The notes below the pieces were generated by a model. The model saw nothing but the letters and a program-made list of their open reading frames with translations, had not been told where the DNA came from and made no database searches. 64,000 bases of DNA from positions 45,756,001 through 45,820,000 of the forward strand of contig OZ024741.1 in assembly GCA_964016885.1 (NCBI GenBank). The letters are read 5' to 3'. Positions 54,262 to 64,000 of this stretch are shown here, one piece after another. The DNA is from Eledone cirrhosa (taxonomy: Eukaryota). The translations under genes were made by a program, and so were the position numbers. Numbering within the stretch: position 1 is the first letter of the stretch; each line of letters starts with the position of its first letter.

Positions 54262-55332
54262 AAAGTTTTATTTAAGATTGTTGGGTTACAACGAGTAAAT
54301 ATTTTATAACTGATATAAAAGCACTCAACAGTTTCTGGAGTAGATTTACGATATTAAACAAATGGAAACTATATTTATCAAACCATATTTATTTCGTTAT
54401 ATATATTTCTGGGATATCATATTAAAAATATGTTATGCCTTCCTCAGACAAAATACAATACATAAGCTGTTTTATAGATTTGAAGACTCTGTCTAGGTCT
54501 GAGGCATTTTCATTTACGTTAGATTTAGATTTATCAAAGTGGAATGCACGCCACCTGATTCTCCTTATAAAGGAGTCTGATTTATCTATTAGTTGTTTAA
54601 TAAAGTCCTTGTTTCTAGGTAGAGGTATGTCTTTTAGAGAAGAAGAGATCTTAAAGAATTCCATTTTTTTCAGTTATAATATAAAGCGCTCAACGGTATT
54701 GGAGCAAAATATATGCAAAAGTTTTATTTAAGATTGTTGGGTTACAACGAGTAAATATTTTATAACTGATATAAGAGCACTCAACAGTTTCTGGAGTAGG
54801 TTTACGATATTAAACAAATGGAAACTATATTTATAAAACCATATTTATTTCGTTATATATATTTCTGGGATATCATATTAAAAATATGTTATGCCTTCCT
54901 CAGACAAAATACAATACATAAGCTGTTTTATAGATTTGAAGACTCTGTCTAGGTCTGAGGCATTTTCATTTACGTTAGATTTAGATTTATCAAAGTGGAA
55001 TGCACGCCACCTGATTCTCCTTATAAAGGAGTCTGATTTATCTATTAATTGTTTAATATAGTCCTTGTTTCTAGGTAGAGGTATGTCTTTTAGAGAAGAA
55101 GAGATCTTAAAGAATTCCATTTTTTTCAGTTATAATATAAAGCGCTCAACGGTATTGGAGCAAAATATATGCAAAAGTTTTATTTAAGATTGTTGGGTTA
55201 CAACGAGTAAATATTTTATAACTGATATAAAAGCACTCAACAGTTTCTGGAGTAGGTTTACGATATTAAACAAATGGAAACTATATTTATAAAACCATAT
55301 TTATTTCGTTATATATATTTCTGGGATATCAT
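54255..55332 (-). mobile_element. About 2.4 tandem copies of a 456-bp Naiad-derived unit (HHR, 5' UTR, ORF start)
   Basis: Unit starts at 54255, 54711 and 55167; ORFs 54422-54664 and 54878-55120 begin SLKDIPLP...LIDKSDSFIRRIRWRAFHF, a PLE N-terminus; HHRs at 54390-54455 and 54846-54911. Confidence 0.85.
54390..54455 (-). ncRNA. Type I hammerhead ribozyme (second copy at 54846-54911)
   Basis: Minus strand: TATTTTGT-CTGAGGA-AGGCATAACATATT-ttt-AATATGATATCCCA-GAAAT-ATAT-ATA-ACGAAATA. Confidence 0.7.
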
Positions 55333-56287
55333 ATATATATATATGGAACTGGAGCAGCAGGAAATTAAATATCTTGTTCAAGGACACAATATTTATTGGA
55401 TGGATGTTAAAAGTAACACTATTGATTGTACTTAAAACGTTTGCACATTAACTGAATGAGCGGTGAATACCTGTAAATGAAGTGTACATTTTTTTTCTGA
55501 AGAGAAAAGGGCCAGTGTCTTGGAAGTTTTATCCTTGTTGGAACCTGCTTATTTATGAAGTTCATTTCTAGCATAGCCATGGTTTCATGCTTAATAGATG
55601 AACGTAGAGTTTATATTTTATGTGTGTAAGGTTATAAGGATGAGGTATAGATATATACAACATGACTGGCAAGCGACTCAGCGACCGTATCTGTATCCGT
55701 GAGCTGCTCAACATTATCATATGTAGACCAAGTACATCAATTGTCAAGTCAAGATACTCAAACTATACGGTCATATAAAAGATCAACTCGTGGTGTGAAG
55801 GAAGGTTGGCTGGTAAGAGGAGCAGAGGTCGGCAGCCAAAACGATGGCTTGATAATGTCAATATATGGACGGGACTTGATGTTTGCTGTTTAAACTCTGC
55901 TACTGGTGATCGAACTTTGTGGAGAAGAATATCTCATGTTGAGGCCCAGTCTGCAACTGGCGGAGTTTAGCGTCAAAGTAGTAGGTAGCATATATATATT
56001 CAATAATAACATGATTTGTAATCGAATAACTGTGGCTTTGTATTGATTAGAAAGCAGTCGTTTACGCAAAAGTTTAATAAATAAATAAAATTTTATGAGG
56101 TAAAAGAATGTCGTATGTTGAAAGAAGTGATTTTATACTGGGAAGAATCATCTACGGAAATGGTGGGTAATGTCTGGTGAAGGAATTATAATTGCATGTG
56201 TGTTTATTCCCAAATTAGTCATAAGTAGAATGAAGAATTAAGGTGTGTTTGACAAGGAAATTAAGTCATTACTAATATCTGGGTGTG

Positions 56288-56319
<32 letters not shown>

Positions 56320-56348
56320 CAATAATTGTAATATGTTCTTTATTATGG

Positions 56349-56427
<79 letters not shown>

Positions 56428-56568
56428 TCGAGCCCTCTTTGGATTTTAGTCTTCAATTTTATTATTATTACTATATATATATATTGTTTATTACTTAATT
56501 ATATATATATATTTCGTTTCTGAATTTGTTTAGCAAGATTCTTTATCTGAAATCGTGTGTTGAAACCG

Positions 56569-57171
56569 ATATTGTTATACTTTGGGAGGGTCATGTTGCC
56601 AATAAGAAACACACGCACCAGTTGCTTTCACTTCAATTTATTATATATTTATAAATTTACAAATCTACAAACTTATAAATTTCTGGTTGGATGTTTGTTC
56701 TATGTGTGTGTGTGTTTTGATTTTGTCCTGTGTGTGTTTTCATTTTGTGTGTGTTTTCAATTGTAAGTTGTTTGTTCTATGTGTGTGTGTGTTTTCATTT
56801 TGTCCTTAATTGTAAGTTGTGATGTTGCTGTTACACAAATAGAAAAATGAACACAAACACACACAGACACCCGAATGTGGCGCATGCGCAAACTGAGCAC
56901 ACAACACACACACAGAAACAAAATGGCGTAGGATAGAAGAAAGAAAAGGCACAGAAACGAAGAAAGGAATCCCCAGTCACTGAAGAGGTCACAGAGTGTG
57001 TGACGAAAGGACTATGACTATATATATAAACAACTATCTGGTTGTGGAACCAACCAACCAACCAGAAATTTATAAGTTTGTAGATTTGTAAATTTATAAA
57101 TATATAATAAATTGAAGTGAAAGCAACTGGTGCGTGTGTTTCTTATTGGCAACATGACCCTCCCAAAGTAT

Positions 57172-57179
<8 letters not shown>
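56569..57179. repeat. Fold-back element from a Neptune-type pLTR, with HHR in the spacer
   Basis: Arms 56569-56690 and 57057-57179; terminus atgaccctcccaaagtataacaata matches the PLE end at 8616-8640. Confidence 0.85.
56975..57019 (+). ncRNA. Type I hammerhead ribozyme
   Basis: AGTCA-CTGAAGA-GGTCACA-gagtg-TGTGAC-GAAAG-GA-CTA-TGACT. Confidence 0.85.
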
Positions 57180-57253
<74 letters not shown>

Positions 57254-57260
57254 ATCAACA

Positions 57261-57439
57261 CAATATAATTATTTCATTAGCGAAGGTTTCAAGAAACTAG
57301 ATGATTCTTGCAAGAAATATCCAGCCCGTTCAACAGACAAAACAACTCTAATAATTGTCTTGTCTGACGAACAAGCTAGGTGTTTCTTGCAAGAATCATC
57401 TAGTTTCTTGAAACCTTCGCTAATGAAATAATTATATTG
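57261..57439. repeat. Fold-back hairpin next to (TA)n
   Basis: caatataattatttcattagcgaaggtttcaagaaactagatgattcttgcaagaaa and its reverse complement. Confidence 0.85.
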
Positions 57440-57462
57440 CGTTATTTATAATGTATAAAAAG

Positions 57463-57650
57463 AGCGGTGAATTGGCAGTATCGGTAGAGGGTTGGACACC
57501 ATGCTGTCTAGCATAGTTACGTCCCTTTACAGTCTGAGTTCAAATCCCGCCGAGGTTAACTTTGCCTTTCATCCTTACGGGGTCGATAAAATAAAGTACC
57601 AGTAATGTACTGGTTAATTGCTGTCCTTGTGCCTAAAGTAGAAACAGTTA
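57463..57650 (+). mobile_element. SINE family A
   Basis: Full A/B boxes and central domain. Confidence 0.85.
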
Positions 57651-58081
57651 TTTATAATGTAATTAAATAGCTCTCTAAAATACATAGAGCACTCTTCTTT
57701 CCTTTACCTTTTCTACGGAAATACTTAACACATATATATGTGTGCGTTTGTGTGCATGTGTGTGTGTGAGGTTATATCCGTAGTAGGTAGACCACTCAGA
57801 CCATAGGATGAGTTCAGTATAGATTTAGTTCCACAACATATTAGCAATACACGTCTCCAGCACGGATTAACAGATTCTTCACACCTACATCACGTGGAAG
57901 GTTCGCATTCTACCCTGTGAACGCTCGTTATATCCTCGTGTTTTACACAACTTGAACATTACCAGCCTTGGAATGGATCTATATGAGCTGGATTACTCTT
58001 TGAAGAATATTCCCATTCCCTCCAACCAGGTCTAATAATGTTTATTGTGGAACTAACTTCATATATATGTATATATATATA

Positions 58082-58163
58082 TAGGAAAATGTTTAACCCC
58101 GACGGCAGAACTCAAGCCGTCGAAACGGCTTGAGCTCTACCGTCGGGGTTAAACATTTTCCTA
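58082..58163. repeat. GC-rich hairpin at a TA boundary
   Basis: taggaaaatgtttaaccccgacggcagaactcaagccgt-cgaa-acggcttgagctctaccgtcggggttaaacattttccta. Confidence 0.85.
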
Positions 58164-58853
58164 TTACCCACTCTACTACCCTAAGTATTGAGTACTCTGG
58201 TGCGTTATGGTCCTTCTGGTTCCTTACCACACCTCCTTCATTATATATATATAATAAGTTGAAGGAACTAGCATGGGTATCACGGCTAGGACCGGTTTCA
58301 TCTTAGCGTACTCAATAGGTAATGTTAAATAAACTCCCGGAGTATATACATAGTTATCGCTTCGATACAGCGCACGTAAACGGGTACCTTCAATTGTTCC
58401 CCAACTTGAGTCTCGGCCACACTCAATGCAGCAATAGAGTGCACAGCAACCGGTGTCCGCATGTATTATGCATCAATGCATAATCGGCGCATGTGGCTTC
58501 ATCAGCCTCTGTCGCCTAATCAATAACCAATCGATCGACAGAATTCGACTCCAGTCCGTGCCGGCTATGACTGTATGTGACGGCCAATAAAACATTGGTA
58601 ACTGGTATCTCTACGCGTCACAATGCTGTCCCCTGATTGGCTACCGACTTAGAAATTTAAAAATTTAAATAGTTCCGCTCCCGGAATATATGCTATGGTA
58701 GTTTTTGCAGGTGTTTAAGGTATTGATATGAAGATTGTATAAGATACTGTGAACAGAAACAGGTGATTGGAATCAAAGAATATGGAGCGTATTTTGTTAG
58801 AATTGGTGGTAGAATTTTTTTTACAGAATTGTCAGTTAAGGGGATTCGTATTC

Positions 58854-58908
<55 letters not shown>

Positions 58909-58959
58909 ATATTAAATTCAAATATTAATAAAATAGATGTTCTTGTGATCAATTAAATG

Positions 58960-59019
58960 TTATTACACATATTTCAGAGGTACGTGAATCACGTTCAGCA
59001 GTACGTCCTCATCAGATAA
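58960..59019 (-). ncRNA. Type I hammerhead overlapping the hairpin at 58999-59061
   Basis: Minus strand: TTAT-CTGATGA-GGACGT...ACGTACCTCT-GAAAT-ATGT-GTA-ATAA. Confidence 0.55.
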
Positions 59020-59314
59020 AATAAAATGTATCATTTTATTTTATCTGATGAGGACGTACTGTATATTAATAACCCTAGAAAATATTTTACTGTAGAGTGC
59101 TTCCAATCTACTGTAAAACTCATTATTTGATGTACTCATTGAATCTTGTTTAACTCTTTAATATATATATATATATATAGATAGATAGATAGAAAGAGAG
59201 AGAGAGAGAGGGGGGAGAGGGATTCTGCGATGCTGAGACAGGGGAGACCACCAATCATGGGAGTACTCAATGCATGGAGCGATATAGAGTGCATATACCT
59301 GTCCCTCTCCCCTT

Positions 59315-59385
<71 letters not shown>

Positions 59386-59391
<6 letters not shown>

Positions 59392-60622
59392 TAAAATAAC
59401 AGATTAAAGTTTAAGCAAAGAATCGCTGCTTTCACCCTTAACGGGATCTTCTGAGGCAATTTCGGCTTGTAAACATAAATTGCACAAAACTTTCCTGTAT
59501 TACAGCCCCACGTTATACCCTAACGGATAGTACGATCTATACGTGGATATTTTCGTCTTGATGTGGGAGCTAAGTATATGTTTTGTTTATACCTTTACTT
59601 ATTTGCATAGGTAAGTATATTTTACCCGTATGTTTTGTGAAGGTACGTATACCTTCTCGTACGTATGTTTGATTGTTATGGCGTATAATTTTATATATTC
59701 TGGTACATATGGTTTGGCTATGTGTATACGGGAGTTTTGCGTCTGTGTGAGTATGCAGGTTCGTAAGTTTGGTGGATGTGTGTATATGTGTACTTCATGT
59801 TTTGGTTGACTTACGTCTCCGAACATTCGTGTATTTATATGTAGGTATGTGTGTGCGCTTGTTATATACGTATTTATTTATTTATATACGTTTATATAAT
59901 TATTTATTTATTTGTATACACGCATACACACATACACACATATTTATATGTGCGGGGTTTTGTATACCTATGCTAAGTTTTTGCGTATGCTTGTGTATGT
60001 GCGTATTTGTTTGCGTGTATGTATTTATTTATTTCTATTACTTCTGTATTGTATTTATTTACTTTGTTCTTAACTCTGTAACGGAGATTCATTTGGTCTC
60101 CTAGTTAGAATTTTAGTCTACGACTTCTGCTATACCATTTACGTGGTTTTGTGTTTGCGTGCTATTGTTCTCCACGCTCCACATATGACGTATTATCTTC
60201 GTTTTTTCGTTCATTGCCAGGGAACGTCTCTATCCACCACCTAAGAGAACATTAGTCTACGACCTCTTTTATACCATAAACGTGGTTCTGTCTTTGCGCA
60301 TAATTGTTTTTCACCGATCCTATTAATGACGTATTATATTCGTTTTTTCCCGTTCTTTGCCAGCGAACGTTTCCACGAACCAAAGTATCGTCTTCCTGTC
60401 TTCCTCCGGTTGCAACGTTTTTTGAAATATCCAGTTCTGCGTTTACAGATTGACTTTGTTAGTTTCAGAAGATCCCGTTAAGGGTGAAAGCAGCGATTCT
60501 TTGCTTAAACTTTAATCTGTTATTTTAATAAATATTTGCTCTACGGTTCTTATATATTTGATATATATTTATCCTTATCGAGCCCTCTTTGGATTTTAGT
60601 CTTCAAATTTATTATTATTACT
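59386..60622 (+). mobile_element. Second copy of the 26156-family 3' end with inverted pLTR stub
   Basis: 59450-60622 closely matches 27098-28260; 59386-59454 is the reverse complement of 60465-60535. Confidence 0.9.
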
Positions 60623-60865
60623 ATATATATATATATATATGTATATATATAATAAGGGTTGACGGACCCAGCATATTTATCAATGCCAGTACCGGTTGTA
60701 TCTCAGCGCACTCAATGGGCAATGTAAGATACATTACCAGAGTATACACATAGTTATTTGCCTCAACACAACACACGTAAAACGGGTGCCTATATCTATA
60801 TATAGGCAGGCATTCTGCGTGTCTTTTTACACATCTGTATCTATGTATATATATATGTGTGTGTG

Positions 60866-60991
<126 letters not shown>

Positions 60992-61939
60992 TGTGTGTGC
61001 GTGTGTGTGTGTGAATGTTAAGCTATGTATGTGCACAGTCATATTGATAATGATCGGATTATAGTAAAACTATAACTAAAGATAATTGGCATTTAACTCC
61101 TCCATTCAAATTCAATTCAACAATCATCGTTAACTTCAACAGTGAAAACTTCACGTGTGTATATGATTTAGAATGAGATAGTTTTACGAAAGTTTTAAAT
61201 TAGATTAGACTTTTATGTCTAGAAAAGGTTAATTGAGATGCTGCTGGAACACATGATAAATTTTCCGCTCGGACATTCATTGGCTACTCGGTAAATAAAT
61301 GGTTTTATGCTTGGTTGACTCCTGTAACCGAGTGACGCCGAGATCGATGTTTAGTTAAAGAGGGAAAATAATGAACTTTGTCATGAGAAATGGCGTTTCA
61401 AGAAATAAATGGCCGTTTGAGAGAAGGGCGAGGAAGTAGAGAAGAGGAGGAGGGATGTAGAGGTGATGTGAGTACAGGTGGGTGTGGGGTAATGAGAGGT
61501 GAAGTGGGGAGGGGGAGAGAAATGAGAGAAGGTGTAAAACAGAGAAGGAGATAGACTGGCTGTGAGAGAAATAGAGAATGGCGGATGAGGGGAGCCAGAC
61601 ACAGAGACAGACAGAGAGATTTACACACAGTAAGACAGACAGACAGACATTGAGATCGACTGTCAGTCAGGCAGAGGAGAAAGAAGGTAATGTGTGAGAG
61701 AGGGAGAGGATTAGTTGATATAATTTTGTTTGTTTATGGTTTGAATCTTCTTTGAGACTGATTACAAAAGGGTGGTGACGGTGGTGGGTTGTTACAGCGG
61801 TGGCGGTGGTGTTGTTGGTGGTGCAACCCCTGCTGCTGAATTAAATATGAACGTACAAGAAGCGTAATAAGAAATGTGTTCAAATAACTATTCAGAAAAA
61901 GAGAGGGGTGGAACGAGAAAGATAAGAGAAATATCTGTT

Positions 61940-62085
61940 GAATTAAGTAGCTCGTTTCGTAATCATATGGTTCTGAGTTCAGTTCTGCTACACGGCAGAG
62001 AGACAAGTATCTCTACTATATCCTCGGGTTCAACAACACCTTGTAAATAGAATTTGATAAACGGAAGCTGCAAAAGCCCGTCGTA
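61940..62085 (+). mobile_element. SINE family C
   Basis: catatggttctgagttcagttc...ctactatatcctcggg...aacggaagctgcaaaagcccgtcgtatata. Confidence 0.6.
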
Positions 62086-62371
62086 TATATACATGTATAC
62101 ATGTGAGTATATATATATATATATATACTTATATGTATGTGTGTGCATGTGTGTGTCTGCGCGCGCACACGTGTGTGTCTGTCTATGTTTAAATCCCATA
62201 ATATAGCGATTCGACAAAAAAGCGATCGATACAATATGACTTGAAAAGTGGAGACGATCTTATCAAGGAATTGATGCACGTGTCAATAACACACACTGTT
62301 ATTGATACGTAACAGGGGTTAACTATTGAATCATATCGAAATATTCATGTGTATAGATATTGTTATACCCT

Positions 62372-62737
62372 CGCTATTAATTTTGAAAGCGGTGATTAAT
62401 TCACCACTAATTAGTCTCTAGTAACCAAGAGAGAGCACTATGACGACGACGCTTCTGGTTCTTTAGTCCTCTTCATTGAGACTAACTCCTTGGGTGCTAA
62501 GACGAAAATTGGCTAAAGGCTTATAGGTTTTATGCTTGTGAACATCAGCTGACAATGCTCATTTGCATACAGAGCAAAACCCTAAAGCCTATAAATTTAT
62601 TTTCGTCTTAGCATCCAAAGAGTTAGGCTTTCTGAAGAGGGTTGAATAACCAGCAACAAAACCGTCAGAGTGCTCTTTCTTGGCTGATAAAGACTAAGTA
62701 GAGGTGAATTAATTACCATTTCTAAAATTTATAGCGC
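62372..62737. repeat. Old imperfect palindrome (MITE/foldback-like)
   Basis: ggtgattaattcacc / ggtgaattaattacc; ccaagagagagcact / agtgctctttcttgg; gctaagacgaaaat / attttcgtcttagc. Confidence 0.7.
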
Positions 62738-62999
62738 GCCTATTTACTTGAACATTTCGTATCAATCACGCGATGTCAGAGCATCATTACCTCTCATTCA
62801 TTAAAGTCCCCAACTGAGGTTTCTGCAAATAAGAAAGATTACTAATTATCTCAATAAATTAAGACAACTAATATTGGAAGAATATTCCGTCAACGGGGAT
62901 GGAGAATCTTCGGATCATCCAGGGGAAAATCTACAAACCGTTTCCTTGTCGTAACAGCATGGTACGTCCAATAACGTGCGTCATTCAACTACTAAATAA

Positions 63000-63078
<79 letters not shown>

Positions 63079-63644
63079 GCAATACAACAGTATTTTTAAT
63101 GACGCTAGAAATAACACCAAAAGCCCATCTAAATCAACTCAACAACCAAGGGGTAGCAAATATCAAACAGAAAGTTATTTGTCTCTAATATAGTCAGACA
63201 TATCAATGAAAAGATATACATCAACTCAGAGAACCATTCAACTTAAGTTAAATACTCGTTTGTGTGGAAAGAGTATAAGCCAAACAAACTAAAATAAGTT
63301 GTTTCCATATAAGGTCTCCAACTGCAGTTTCTGGAATTATGAAACAATGCTAATTATCTTAATAAATTAAGACAACAAATATTGTAAGAATATTTTCTCA
63401 TCGGAGGAAGGTCTTTTTGGAAGTTGAGAATATATTGAATAGACAGCATACAGACCTCTACTTGTCAAATATTTCTCTTTGTATGCGCATGCAGTGCCTC
63501 GACTATTTAGATAGAAAATATATTAATTTCCCTTGCCACTCTTCCCTAAATTATAGGGATCGGGCCCAAACAAAATAACTTATGAACGTTTCTGTAAAAT
63601 AATATATTACCTTTGATCAGAATATCATGACTAAATGGATTCTA

Positions 63645-63850
63645 ACATAGGCACAAAGCCAGCAATTTCGGGTGATTGAAAAGTCGGTTAAATCAACCCC
63701 ACTACCGGTCTGCTAGTTTAATTTATCAGCCCCGGAAGAATAAAAGGCAAACTTGACCTGAGCAAGATTTGAACACAGAACATAAAGAGTCGGAAGAAAT
63801 ACGACAGAAAACATCGAGAGGCGCTCTAATAATTCTACCAACCTACCACA
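63645..63850 (-). mobile_element. SINE family A (diverged)
   Basis: ggcacaaagccagc...aaaggcaaacttgacctgagcaagatttgaacacag. Confidence 0.55.
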
Positions 63851-64000
63851 TTCATATGTGAAATATATAAAAATTAAAAGTTACTTTCAAATTCTTTAGA
63901 AAAACTCTATTTACAATTGATTTTTTTTTCTTCTTGTCATTTTCTCATTACAGAAATCTTCTCACATTTAAAGAGTTTGAATGTTGTTTAACACTTCGTT

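Noticed and set aside
54255-55332. CRISPR-like or satellite array
   Set aside because: Eukaryotic context with no unique spacers; the units are PLE-derived
57364-57425. CTGACGA...GAAAC inside a hairpin
   Set aside because: No convincing UH triplet or stem I partner
58440-58515. Minus-strand CTGATGA...GACACCGGTT
   Set aside because: GAAA is mutated and stem I is poor; possibly a dead HHR, not counted

Overview
AT-rich, microsatellite-dense eukaryotic DNA with no host gene I can support. The SINE families and repeat landscape resemble a cephalopod/octopus genome (inference). The window is almost entirely transposable-element derived. It holds Penelope-like retroelements (PLEs; RT + GIY-YIG) of at least three types: Neptune-like, Penelope/Poseidon-like and several Naiad-like. 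It also holds RTE-clade LINEs with C-terminal C2H2 zinc fingers, three tRNA-derived SINE families and a pogo/Tigger-like MITE. The strongest signal is about 25 type I hammerhead ribozyme (HHR) motifs found by eye on both strands, about 13 with an intact CUGANGA...GAAA...UH core. They sit in PLE pseudo-LTRs, in short fold-back elements embedded in (TA)n tracts, and in 456-nt and 595-nt tandem retrozyme-like units. Several have greatly extended stem II, and one family has a fixed U4A core variant. Folds and coordinates were derived manually and are approximate.
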